Notes under the pieces: generated by a model
What the model was told of the DNA's origin: nothing
Databases searched by the model: none
The model's input: the letters and a program-made list of their open reading frames with translations, nothing else
Part shown: one piece after another, positions 1-11,406 of the stretch
Layout: each line of letters opens with the position of its first letter
How positions within the stretch are numbered: position 1 is the stretch's first letter
Made by a program: the position numbers and the translations under genes
Origin: Escherichia phage a48
Direction: 5' to 3' (one strand)
Sequence record: OQ067375.1
Length of the DNA stretch: 64,000 bases

Positions 1-777
1 CAAATACTCTATGCCACCGGGTTTAATATAGTTCCATGTCTGAAACGGATGCGTCTGATATGGATGATATGGATTATAAGGATTAAATCCAGGAGTTCTC
101 CAGGTAGTGTTCCAAGGAAAAGAATCGTTTTTAATCATCTTTTTTATAGCTTTTTTACTATCAAAACTTTCTTTATTTTCCTTCGGTGAAAAAAGCTTAT
201 TTTCTACATCATTCCATGTATAAACTCGCTGAGCAGTTTTTGGAATATTGTCACGCTCTCCTCGAGCCATCCAATAAACAGGAACATTTAATATTTCACT
301 CGCATGATCGCAATGGTGAGCGAGATCGTCAATATAACAAATCACGTTATATTTCTCTTTTGCCTTTTTAAACAACTCTTCTTTTGAAGAATCATGACCA
401 CACATCAGTACTTCTGAGAAGGCACCAGGAAAAAGAGCGTTCAAATTAAATTGACGATTCAGCAGAGCGTCAATAGAATCACCCAATGCTGTAACAGCTA
501 CAAAATTATAATCTTCTTTTAATTTGTTAATTACACACAGAGCATCTTTATATGGAGACAAGTAACGAATAAAATCTGAACGATTGTATTTTTCAATTAG
601 CTTGACGCCAAGTTCTTCGTCACAATTAAAGAGTTTACCTGGAGAAATAAATTTCTCATCCTGGATCATTTTTAAAATATGTTCTAACGGAAGATTATAT
701 TTCTGAGCAAAATAAGGAAGACCTGATTGCCAGCTTAAACATACTCCATCAATATCAGTTAAAATAGTAGGCTTCAT
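1..777 (-). CDS. HAD-like hydrolase family protein (T4 gene 30.2 position); 3' end cut by window edge
   Basis: Unlisted minus ORF; ATG at 777..775 overlaps stop of next ORF (ATGA); N-terminus MKPTILTDIDGVCLSW carries DxDG motif; stays open to coordinate 1. Confidence 0.55.
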   Translation of the reverse strand, partial: MKPTILTDIDGVCLSWQSGLPYFAQKYNLPLEHILKMIQDEKFISPGKLFNCDEELGVKLIEKYNRSDFIRYLSPYKDALCVINKLKEDYNFVAVTALGDSIDALLNRQFNLNALFPGAFSEVLMCGHDSSKEELFKKAKEKYNVICYIDDLAHHCDHASEILNVPVYWMARGERDNIPKTAQRVYTWNDVENKLFSPKENKESFDSKKAIKKMIKNDSFPWNTTWRTPGFNPYNPYHPYQTHPFQTWNYIKPGGIEYL

Positions 778-1238
778 AGAGAGTCTCTTAATAGGTTTAA
801 CACATCAATAAATTCAGCTTCGGTTAGTATTGTATCATCTTTTGTTAGACCACTAGCCATGCTGTGCTTCAAAACTTTTCCTTTCGAGGCTTGTAATGCA
901 TCACGAAAGCCCTTGTTTTGAATCGCTGCTTCAAAATATGCATTTGTGTATAATTCTTTCCACGCCGGGGAGTATCTTGAAAATGGAACTCCAAGCCAGA
1001 AGAGGGTCCCACGGTCCTGAGCTCTAGCATAAGACCTTCCAGCTTGTTGAGCGGCAAGCCCGGATAACCCAAATATACGACGTTGTTGTTCAACGTTTTT
1101 CACCTTGCATCCTTGGAGGAATCCTTCAAGACCTCCAAATTGAATACCATCCATAACGAAAGGCCAATGGGCGAAATTACTTAATGCACATGATGGCCAC
1201 CTAAAATTACTTCTAATCTCTAACTCAGACATTTTCAA
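774..1238 (-). CDS. hypothetical protein (T4 30.3 position)
   Basis: 154-aa ORF in track; translationally coupled to flanking minus-strand ORFs. Confidence 0.5.
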   Translation of the reverse strand: MKMSELEIRSNFRWPSCALSNFAHWPFVMDGIQFGGLEGFLQGCKVKNVEQQRRIFGLSGLAAQQAGRSYARAQDRGTLFWLGVPFSRYSPAWKELYTNAYFEAAIQNKGFRDALQASKGKVLKHSMASGLTKDDTILTEAEFIDVLNLLRDSL

Positions 1239-1431
1239 TGCTTATAATTTCAACATCAGCCCAATGACCATAGTTTGGTAGACGAAATTCAACTGGCCAG
1301 TCACTGCCTTTTTCTAATATAATAGACTCAATTTGTGGTTCTTCATGTTCATCGGTATATGGATTTTTATCTGTTACTTTATATGTGACCTTAATGTACT
1401 GAATTCCAAAAATCTTATTAATTATATTCAT
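1225..1431 (-). CDS. hypothetical small protein
   Basis: 68-aa ORF, overlapping start/stop with neighbours in same strand. Confidence 0.45.
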   Translation of the reverse strand: MNIINKIFGIQYIKVTYKVTDKNPYTDEHEEPQIESIILEKGSDWPVEFRLPNYGHWADVEIISIENV

Positions 1432-1625
1432 ACTAATTCCTTTAATCCGTAGATAGGAGATAATTCATCACCCATACGAAGGTCTTCATTTCCATCTACC
1501 CAAGAAACAATATAAGCCTCTTTTACTTGAACATCTCCCAATTTAAATGCAGGTAAAACCTTAGAAATTAATCCAGGTATACCAACTCCCTTTAATTCAA
1601 CGGTTTGATCTAAAAAGAATTTCAT
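1428..1625 (-). CDS. hypothetical small protein
   Basis: 65-aa ORF, ATGA-type coupling with neighbours. Confidence 0.45.
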   Translation of the reverse strand: MKFFLDQTVELKGVGIPGLISKVLPAFKLGDVQVKEAYIVSWVDGNEDLRMGDELSPIYGLKELV

Positions 1626-1912
1626 TAGAACCTCATCTGAAAACCATGCGATTTAACATTACCTCCACCAATACCAGAAATATTAATTTCGCGCGCAATT
1701 GAAGGGTCAATGTCAATTTCACGATTGAGTTTAGTGATAGCTAAAGTATCGCGCCCATTTACAGTACGAAACTCTAAAGGACAAACCACATCAACGTAGT
1801 TTTTAATCGATTCGCTAGTAGGCTGCAAATGTGCAGGAAGGTCTTTAGGTGCCTTTGAGAAAACCACTTCACAGAAATTTTTGCGGGTGTCAAAATAAGT
1901 AGTCATAAACAT
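1625..1912 (-). CDS. hypothetical protein
   Basis: 95-aa ORF, same-strand operon context. Confidence 0.45.
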   Translation of the reverse strand: MFMTTYFDTRKNFCEVVFSKAPKDLPAHLQPTSESIKNYVDVVCPLEFRTVNGRDTLAITKLNREIDIDPSIAREINISGIGGGNVKSHGFQMRF

Positions 1913-1926
1913 AATATTTTCCTCAG

Positions 1927-1944
1927 TAAGGGGCCGAAGCCCCT
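1927..1944 (-). promoter_or_regulatory. GC-rich tetraloop hairpin (GGGGC-cgaa-GCCCC) in intercistronic spacer
   Basis: Perfect 5-bp GC stem with 4-nt loop between two minus ORFs; no U-run on minus strand, so likely RNA-stability or processing element rather than terminator. Confidence 0.3.
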
Positions 1945-1953
1945 CATTTTATT

Positions 1954-2331
1954 TTAAATATCAAATTCGTTAAGAACTACATCAAAGATTGCTTCAAGAT
2001 GCTCAGGTTTAGCTCTGTTACTCAGAATATGACGAATCCAAGTTTTAACTAAGAGCTTACGATTAACTCCATTCCAGCAAGGATGAGTCCCTAAATCGCG
2101 TTGACGGAAATCATCATCCAGAGCGATTTTAAAGTTGGAACCTTCCATTGTGATTGAAACTGTGATGCCATTTTCAAATCGCATATAAACGTAGTTAGGA
2201 GTCATATACTGTTCAATTTCGCATACTGATCCATTTTGATGTTTCCAAAGGCAGATGGTATCAATAGAACCTGTAATACCATTAGAAACATATTTACGTT
2301 CAAAGTTAATGTAGTTCATTTTATTCTCCAA
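1954..2331 (-). CDS. hypothetical protein
   Basis: 125-aa ORF in track, same-strand context. Confidence 0.45.
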   Translation of the reverse strand: MENKMNYINFERKYVSNGITGSIDTICLWKHQNGSVCEIEQYMTPNYVYMRFENGITVSITMEGSNFKIALDDDFRQRDLGTHPCWNGVNRKLLVKTWIRHILSNRAKPEHLEAIFDVVLNEFDI

Positions 2332-2386
2332 GATGTTTAATTGCGGTACAAGTATATAATATCATGTCCTGTACCAAAGTAAACAA

Positions 2387-2719
2387 TTATTTTACTACTT
2401 TCCAATGCTGCATGTCAAGTTTACCAACTTTTTTCATCTTCTCAATTAAGCGTTCGGCACGTTGGCGAGCTGTAACATAATGCCATTCGCCTAATTCATT
2501 TTGTTCAATTTTTCCAACGATTACTGTATTCAATTCATAAATCCAACCAGTAAAGAAATTATGAACTTGAATTGTAAAGGTGAAATCTGTTCCCATACCT
2601 TCTGTTGTTTCTACTTCAATAATATCACCTTCAACTGCCATTAAGAACCACATAGTTTCATTATATTTACCGTTGAAGCATTTAGTTTTAACTGCAGCGT
2701 TCAGATTAATCGTTTTCAT
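2387..2719 (-). CDS. hypothetical protein
   Basis: 110-aa ORF; early-type promoter 28 bp upstream. Confidence 0.45.
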   Translation of the reverse strand: MKTINLNAAVKTKCFNGKYNETMWFLMAVEGDIIEVETTEGMGTDFTFTIQVHNFFTGWIYELNTVIVGKIEQNELGEWHYVTARQRAERLIEKMKKVGKLDMQHWKVVK

Positions 2720-2746
2720 TTTATTCTCCTTTGTTTGTGTAAGATA

Positions 2747-2777
2747 ATACTATCACAAAGGAACCGTACTGTAAACA
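2747..2777 (-). promoter_or_regulatory. T-even early-type promoter (GTTTACA, 18-bp spacer, TAGTAT)
   Basis: Minus-strand -35 GTTTAC at 2776..2771 and -10 at 2752..2747; same architecture repeated 14 times in window. Confidence 0.5.
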
Positions 2778-2795
2778 ACTTTGTGCAATCTTTGG

Positions 2796-2823
2796 AAAAT
2801 AAAAAGGACTCCCGAAGGAGTCC
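2796..2823 (-). terminator. rho-independent terminator (GGACTCC-ttcg-GGAGTCC + U-run)
   Basis: 7-bp GC stem with tetraloop followed on minus strand by TTTTTATTTT; immediately after stop of 2829..3005 ORF; identical hairpin after soc. Confidence 0.6.
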
Positions 2824-2828
2824 TCAAC

Positions 2829-3005
2829 TTATGCTTTCTGCTTACCAAAACGAGAAGCATCATCTCGAAGAACCGCACGTGCTCGGCGCATGATCTTCTC
2901 AACAGTTTGATTGATACGAGAGTTCGACCCACGCTTGTAGCCAGCGCGTTTAGAATCACCAACTTTCTTTTCAACTGCTTTCTTTGCTTTAGCTTGTTTT
3001 GCCAT
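2829..3005 (-). CDS. small highly basic protein (58 aa)
   Basis: Track ORF trimmed to internal ATG at 3005..3003 (MAKQAKAKKAVEKK...); own terminator directly downstream. Confidence 0.5.
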   Translation of the reverse strand: MAKQAKAKKAVEKKVGDSKRAGYKRGSNSRINQTVEKIMRRARAVLRDDASRFGKQKA

Positions 3006-3322
3006 TATAAATTCTCTTTTAAACGAAAATGCAGGACTTATTGGCATTGCCTGCGCAAGCCCTCAAGGGGAACATAGGTTTTTGGATATTTAACGACCAG
3101 GATAACCATAAACCCGTCATCATACCTTATAGCTCTTATCTGTTGCACACCGTTAGCTTAAAGGTTCCGGGTTCGATTTCTCGAGGATAAGATATATACT
3201 GATGGATATATAGGCCTTGAGGCGTACTCCCGATTGGCCATCACCCCGGGGTAGCATGCACTTGCCGCTATAAGAATAACATTCAAGAGGTACACCGTAA
3301 AACTGCCGGGGTCTTAAAACTA

Positions 3323-3342
3323 TAATGATTCGCAAATCATTA
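3323..3342. repeat. 20-bp inverted repeat TAATGATT-cgca-AATCATTA
   Basis: Perfect 8-bp arms read directly; lies in GC-rich noncoding island downstream of rIII; could be weak rIII terminator hairpin or protein-binding palindrome. Confidence 0.4.
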
Positions 3343-3403
3343 ATCAGACAGTTCGACGGCTCCTCGATTTTAGCTCACACTAAGGCAGTGAATCTCCAAT
3401 AAA

Positions 3404-3652
3404 TTACTTCAGTGTTACCACAAAGTGACGAACTGCTTTTCGTGCAGCAGAAGCCAGAGGCTTAGCATATTTAAGTTCATCTTTTTCCTGAAGCTCAGCA
3501 GCTAATGCAGTTTGAGCAGGATTCAGATGTTTGAAATAACGCAGGATTTCAAGAGCTTCGGCTTCAACATCAATAGATGCGCCATAGTTTTCGTGACCAT
3601 TATTCCATGCGTTTCGTTGCAGTTCAAGAGCGTGTTGTAATTGTTTAATCAT
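3404..3652 (-). CDS. rIII: rIII lysis-inhibition accessory protein
   Basis: 82-aa ORF MIKQLQHALELQRNAWNNGHENYG... matching recalled T4 RIII size and position next to gene 31. Confidence 0.8.
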   Translation of the reverse strand: MIKQLQHALELQRNAWNNGHENYGASIDVEAEALEILRYFKHLNPAQTALAAELQEKDELKYAKPLASAARKAVRHFVVTLK

Positions 3653-3791
3653 TTAAAAATTCTCGTTAGAGATTAAAACTCGGTAGTCACGTTCTTCTGA
3701 ATTTCATCTTCTTTCGACAGATCTCTCAGTTGTAGACTACCACATAGAATTGTTCGGTTAACTTATTATTCCGACACCCAATTCATATTAT

Positions 3792-3799
3792 TATTTATA
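3792..3799 (-). promoter_or_regulatory. late-promoter-like TATAAATA box
   Basis: Exact TATAAATA on minus strand between gene 31 stop and rIII. Confidence 0.3.
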
Positions 3800-4135
3800 T
3801 CACTTATAAAGACACGGAATAGCTTTATAGTGACAGGTAACGAATTTTTGTTTAATTTCTTTTGGCTGCTTAAGACCCAGAGCTACAAAAGGATGCGGAA
3901 CATTTCGAATTTGACCAACTGGAAGAGAAGTCAAATCGCCAACTTCGCAGAAACCTTCAGGAACATCAGGACCGACAGAGTGAACTACACACAGTTCAGG
4001 AACTTCACCTTGAACACGTTTACCGATAATAAGTCCTGATTCTGTAACTTCTTCATCACCGGCTTGTGCAGGTTCAGAAACTAAAATAACATATTCACCG
4101 ACAGCACGAATTGGTAGCTGTTGTACTTCAGACAT
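3800..4135 (-). CDS. 31: gp31 co-chaperonin (GroES analogue)
   Basis: 111-aa [33 protein letters not shown]... matches recalled T4 gp31. Confidence 0.9.
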
Positions 4136-4191
4136 CGTTTTTCCTTTTTGTTAACAGATGAATTAATAATAACAAATAATTCTTAAAGCAT

Positions 4192-4500
4192 TTATTTACC
4201 AATAAATTGGAGCAAATGCTCAACTTTCATACCATTAACGGAAATCAATTTGTCAATAGAAAAACCTCGCCATGCACCAAGCTCAACATCAAATACCGGA
4301 ATCATGTCAGTAGATTCTTTCCGAGTAGATTCAGTCAATTTGCCAGTTTGCATGGTTGGCATAAAGTCCGCGTCGCGAGTACCTTTCATAACACGAATAG
4401 TACCGTCAGACTTTTCAAAAACTACGTTTGAAACACCCATGGACAATTTAGTTTTCAAAATTTCACGAATTGCTACTTTTTGTTCAGTCGTCAGTTTCAT
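4192..4500 (-). CDS. hypothetical protein (31.1 position)
   Basis: 102-aa ORF in track downstream of cd. Confidence 0.45.
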   Translation of the reverse strand: MKLTTEQKVAIREILKTKLSMGVSNVVFEKSDGTIRVMKGTRDADFMPTMQTGKLTESTRKESTDMIPVFDVELGAWRGFSIDKLISVNGMKVEHLLQFIGK

Positions 4501-4737
4501 TTATTTACCTATTACAGTTTTAATATGAGTTGTTCCACGTTCTTTAAGAGTGGAAAGTAATTTTTGGCATTTTTCTAAATCAGATTTCCAACTATATGGT
4601 CTATCAATACAAACCCATTCTGACTTATAATACTGCTTCCATTTAGAGAAAAAATATTTCTTATACTCTACAGCAAATGAAATATTCTCATTAGAATAAG
4701 AACTAATTGCTGTGAGCTGTACCAAACGAAATTTCAT
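4501..4737 (-). CDS. hypothetical protein (31.2 position)
   Basis: 78-aa ORF; start overlaps cd stop. Confidence 0.4.
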   Translation of the reverse strand: MKFRLVQLTAISSYSNENISFAVEYKKYFFSKWKQYYKSEWVCIDRPYSWKSDLEKCQKLLSTLKERGTTHIKTVIGK

Positions 4738-5318
4738 TATTCACCACAGAATTCGTTGATATTTTTCCAGTTTAACTTATTCAAGTTTTTCTTAGGAACA
4801 TTAAACACTTCAATACCTGCATTTCGCAGAATATCATCCCAGCCAGGTTTATTTTTATCGTATGTTTCGCAATAAACCAGTTTTTTAATTCCAGACTGAG
4901 CTATCGCTTTTGCGCAATCCGGACAAGGAGAAAGTGTTACATACATAGTAGCACCTTCAATTGAAGAACCATTTCGTGCAGCAAACAAAATCGCATTTAG
5001 TTCAGCATGAATTTCATTTTTAGATGACCATTCCGAGTGAGCACTACGATGTTCTTTCGCCAAGACAAAGCGATCAGTTGAACCAAATGATACACATTCA
5101 GGCTTATGACCTTGAATGATAGTATGTTTAGGTTTATTCAGCAACCAACCTTGCTCAGCAGCATAATCACAACAGTTCACACCCCCTGCAGGTGAACCAT
5201 TATACCCAGTAGAAATAATACGTCCATTCTTTTCAATTACTGCTCCTACCTTCCAGGAGCAACATTTTGATTCTTGTGATACTAAATATGCAATTTGAAG
5301 TACTGTACTCGCTTTCAT
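4737..5318 (-). CDS. cd: dCMP deaminase
   Basis: 193-aa ORF with cytidine/deoxycytidylate deaminase zinc motifs (HAE...PCxxC: HAELNAILFAA, SPCPDCAKAI). Confidence 0.9.
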   Translation of the reverse strand: MKASTVLQIAYLVSQESKCCSWKVGAVIEKNGRIISTGYNGSPAGGVNCCDYAAEQGWLLNKPKHTIIQGHKPECVSFGSTDRFVLAKEHRSAHSEWSSKNEIHAELNAILFAARNGSSIEGATMYVTLSPCPDCAKAIAQSGIKKLVYCETYDKNKPGWDDILRNAGIEVFNVPKKNLNKLNWKNINEFCGE

Positions 5319-5653
5319 TTCATAATCACCAGATAAGCAGATTTAGCAGTTTCAACACGATAAATTTCGTGACGAAGTTTAGTTATACTTTTAATAACAG
5401 AACTAATTATATTCTGCCCATCTTTAAAGCGGTTTTTCTTATCAATAAAAATTGCACCAACCATCTTTTTGTGAAGCTCAACTGGATACTTCGTCACAAT
5501 AATAGCATCATACACAGAAGGATGAATACTATTCACCAAAGTATCATTCATTAAAGTTATTCTAATGAACTGTGCTGTTTCAGAATCAAGCGCTCTATGA
5601 TCGCCAGTATCATTTTCAAGACAATTATCAATTATATCAGTTAAATTCATCAT
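5315..5653 (-). CDS. hypothetical protein
   Basis: 112-aa ORF, overlap-coupled in pseT-cd early cluster. Confidence 0.45.
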   Translation of the reverse strand: MMNLTDIIDNCLENDTGDHRALDSETAQFIRITLMNDTLVNSIHPSVYDAIIVTKYPVELHKKMVGAIFIDKKNRFKDGQNIISSVIKSITKLRHEIYRVETAKSAYLVIMK

Positions 5654-5886
5654 AGTACGCCATACACCCTTTGTGCTTCAACTAATCCATCAAAATCCAG
5701 TTTAAGATGCGATATTTGATCGCCATCACCTGGATTCACAATTACTAATACTGAACGAGGAGTTTCGGTAATAACACGAACCGATGTTTCGGGAAATCGT
5801 TCAGAAACCTTATTTACTAATTCCTGCGCAAATAGTTTAACTTTTTCTTGGAATTCTTTAACAGTAATTGGTTTTTCACTTAGCAT
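5650..5886 (-). CDS. hypothetical protein
   Basis: 78-aa ORF, overlap-coupled. Confidence 0.45.
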   Translation of the reverse strand: MLSEKPITVKEFQEKVKLFAQELVNKVSERFPETSVRVITETPRSVLVIVNPGDGDQISHLKLDFDGLVEAQRVYGVL

Positions 5887-6407
5887 GTTGATCCCAGCTC
5901 CTTACTTTCAACGTTTTTAACTAATTTGACAGAAACTAATTCAGCATCTTGGGTAATCATTACCGGGCCTTCTTCATACTCTTCAAGATATTCTAGAGCT
6001 TTCTTTTTAGCTTCTTCCTTTGTATCAGTTTGAGCATAGATATAAAACATGCAACCAGTAATACCTACTACTTTCCACTTAATTTCTTTATCAGTTTTAA
6101 TTTCAAATTTACTGACAGAATCATCTTTTTGAACTTCTTCGAAAAAAGAATATTCTAACATATAAGCAATTGAAAATAACGGGCTAACTTTATAGGATTC
6201 ACCCATTATATCAACAGCTTTATACCAACAATCATCAATTTCGCGTTTAATGCTAATAACATTCTTTGCAGGGTCAATTTTTACTTTAAATGAATTTTCC
6301 CCAATAAACTGGGCGATTCGTTTATTAGCCCCGCAAGTTTCATTAAAAATATCTTTATACCCAGTTTTAAAGCGATAAACCTTATCTTCTTCAAACCATT
6401 CGCTCAT
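5880..6407 (-). CDS. hypothetical protein
   Basis: 175-aa ORF; early promoter 30 bp upstream. Confidence 0.45.
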   Translation of the reverse strand: MSEWFEEDKVYRFKTGYKDIFNETCGANKRIAQFIGENSFKVKIDPAKNVISIKREIDDCWYKAVDIMGESYKVSPLFSIAYMLEYSFFEEVQKDDSVSKFEIKTDKEIKWKVVGITGCMFYIYAQTDTKEEAKKKALEYLEEYEEGPVMITQDAELVSVKLVKNVESKELGSTC

Positions 6408-6437
6408 TTCAATTTCCTCATTTGTTTTGGTAGAGCT

Positions 6438-6467
6438 ATAATATCACAACTCTACCGTAAAGTAAAC
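6438..6467 (-). promoter_or_regulatory. T-even early-type promoter
   Basis: -35 GTTTAC (6467..6462), 18-bp spacer, -10 TATTAT (6443..6438) on minus strand. Confidence 0.5.
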
Positions 6468-6469
6468 CA

Positions 6470-6775
6470 TTAAATCGCTTTGAATTCCGCAGTTTGAGAT
6501 TCAAAGCGAATGTCGCCTTTGATAACTAGCTCAGCATCAAGACCGAATACAACAATGATATGCGCGGAACCTGGATACAACGTAATGGCAATAGAATCCA
6601 CCTGGTCTGGAAGCAAAGTGTTCAATACATGAGTCACTTGAGCGTGGATTCGAAGCTCAGCTGCGTTATCAAGTTTTTCAAACATATTATTAGCGATAAT
6701 TTGGCTAAACACTACTTCTACGATTTTAGAGTAAGTCGGAAACATATTTACCTCACATAATTTTCTTCGAGCCAA
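6470..6775 (-). CDS. hypothetical protein
   Basis: 101-aa ORF in track. Confidence 0.45.
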   Translation of the reverse strand: MARRKLCEVNMFPTYSKIVEVVFSQIIANNMFEKLDNAAELRIHAQVTHVLNTLLPDQVDSIAITLYPGSAHIIVVFGLDAELVIKGDIRFESQTAEFKAI

Positions 6776-6940
6776 TCAATAACATCCAAAGCGTTATCAA
6801 AAGTTGCGCCATCTACTTTGTCTTCTGTTTCATAATCAAGAACATCTAGGCCTACTCTTCCGTCAACAATAGGCCATAGACAAAATAGATATTTCTTTTC
6901 TTTTTCAATTTTATCACAAAGACGATAAATCTTTTCTAGG

Positions 6941-6948
<8 letters not shown>
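6748..6948 (-). CDS. hypothetical protein
   Basis: 66-aa ORF in track. Confidence 0.45.
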
Positions 6949-8356
<1,408 letters not shown>

Positions 8357-8360
<4 letters not shown>

Positions 8361-8587
8361 TTATTTTTCTCAACCAATGATTGAATATAATCATGCAGGT
8401 CTTTAGATGCTTTGCCCCACTTATTTTGGTATTCATTTTTAAGATTAGCACGTGATTGAGCTAATAAAACATCATTAGTTGGAGGTAAAGATTCTAATCG
8501 CTGAATCTGGCGTCCATAAATCATTGCAGCCATCTCGGATTCATAAATCAATCCTTTGAGATGTTCAAATTGATGCCATGAAATCAT
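8357..8587 (-). CDS. hypothetical protein
   Basis: 76-aa ORF, overlap-coupled. Confidence 0.45.
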
Positions 8588-8883
8588 TTACATTTATCCT
8601 CTTTTAACTCTTGACGATAATAACATATCATAGTTTTCTGGTCGTGTACATATCGTTTTACATCATTAAGCCAAATACGAAATTCCTGAGAATCTTCAAA
8701 TGGCATACCGACCCAAGCTTTACCATCAATAACTTTAACTTGCCAAGATAATTTAGCTTCGTCATATGACTTTATTTGTACAGGCCAATTAGGATGAACT
8801 GTTTCTTTCTTTACTTCTAGAGGCTTTGTCGAACAACCAACTAGAAGACCAATAGATAATATTACTGCTGATAGTTTAATCAT
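8584..8883 (-). CDS. putative lipoprotein
   Basis: N-terminal signal peptide MIKLSAVILSIGLLVGC with lipobox LVGC. Confidence 0.5.
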   Translation of the reverse strand: MIKLSAVILSIGLLVGCSTKPLEVKKETVHPNWPVQIKSYDEAKLSWQVKVIDGKAWVGMPFEDSQEFRIWLNDVKRYVHDQKTMICYYRQELKEDKCK

Positions 8884-9233
8884 TTAGAAAGGTCCTGGAT
8901 GTCTTCTGCGAACTTGTTGAAGGAGTTGTTGATTTGTTTTTCAACCAATCCTGGCTTATGAGCCACCACATCCGCCTTCTTTGCGTCTTTGCGCAGTTTT
9001 TCATTTTCACGCTCAATAGCAGCAATTGCCTCACGATTTTTATTATTCATCGCATCAATATAATTATACTGAATTCGCAAATTATTTAATGCTAAGGCGT
9101 TTTCATTGGCCGTTTTTGTAATTTCAGTAACTGATGTTTCTAATCTTTCTACCTTATTTTTTAAAATAATAGATGTTCCGCCAAATGCTATTACAAGTAA
9201 TAGCAATCCAGCTGTTGTATTACTTAATTGCAT
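8880..9233 (-). CDS. membrane-anchored coiled-coil protein
   Basis: N-terminal hydrophobic helix TAGLLLLVIAFGGTSIIL followed by charged heptad-like sequence. Confidence 0.45.
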   Translation of the reverse strand: MQLSNTTAGLLLLVIAFGGTSIILKNKVERLETSVTEITKTANENALALNNLRIQYNYIDAMNNKNREAIAAIERENEKLRKDAKKADVVAHKPGLVEKQINNSFNKFAEDIQDLSK

Positions 9234-9730
9234 AAAGTTTTAATAACCTCTATAATATCGTCTTGAGAAAGACCGTTAATTAAAATATGATGTTCAGCTG
9301 GAGATTTAGAAATTTTAAAGCATGCCTCAACATCTTCTGCCATATCCGATGCACTACGATTTGGATTACTAATTCCAAGACGATGCTTTCCAGTCAAAGG
9401 ATTAACGATGATATAGCATTTACAACTATTGATATGAACATTAGGTTGAGTCTGATTAATGAACACTTCACAATCATACTTAGCGAGTTGATTTTCTAAA
9501 AAGACTTTCATCTCCTCAACCGCATCAGGAAGCATATCACGGGCTTGCTCAAGACGACGATTTCGATATTCTTTAATGGTCGTTTTCCGCTTGACTTGCT
9601 TAGCTAAATCTTTCTTAAGATCGGTGATATATCCAACTCGACGATTTCCTTTGAATACAGAAATCCCATCTGTAGTATCACCGTATGCTTCAACGACCAT
9701 TTCAGTAGTAATAAGCTGCAAATCCATCAT
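9224..9730 (-). CDS. alc: Alc-like host transcription shutoff protein
   Basis: 168-aa ORF at T4 alc position between pseT cluster and rnlA; size matches recalled Alc (167 aa). Confidence 0.7.
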   Translation of the reverse strand: MMDLQLITTEMVVEAYGDTTDGISVFKGNRRVGYITDLKKDLAKQVKRKTTIKEYRNRRLEQARDMLPDAVEEMKVFLENQLAKYDCEVFINQTQPNVHINSCKCYIIVNPLTGKHRLGISNPNRSASDMAEDVEACFKISKSPAEHHILINGLSQDDIIEVIKTLCN

Positions 9731-9758
9731 AAAGTCCTCATGTTATGTCAGTAAGACT

Positions 9759-9788
9759 ACTATAACACAACACGAGGGACTTGTAAAC
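9759..9788 (-). promoter_or_regulatory. T-even early-type promoter
   Basis: -35 GTTTAC (9788..9783), 18-bp spacer, -10 TATAGT (9764..9759). Confidence 0.5.
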
Positions 9789-9791
9789 AGC

Positions 9792-11379
<1,588 letters not shown>

Positions 11380-11406
11380 AATAAAATGGGCCTTGCGGCC
11401 CACTCC

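Noticed and set aside
186-371. Plus-strand 61-aa ORF and many similar plus-strand ORFs lying inside minus-strand genes (for example 2781..3077, 3830..4039, 4207..4528, 7538..7729, 11680..11985, 14378..14909, 37663..38586, 42087..42704, 46005..47535, 48832..49951)
   Set aside because: They are antisense shadows of well-supported minus-strand genes, lack ribosome-binding sites and have low-complexity composition typical of AT-rich reverse frames
3160-3190. Possible tRNA (T-loop-like GGTTCGATT)
   Set aside because: Could not build a T-stem or acceptor stem with proper pairing around the motif on either strand
3153-3335. 60-aa minus-strand ORF in the GC-rich island
   Set aside because: Composition and sequence look noncoding (palindromes, no ribosome-binding site); treated as part of the noncoding island
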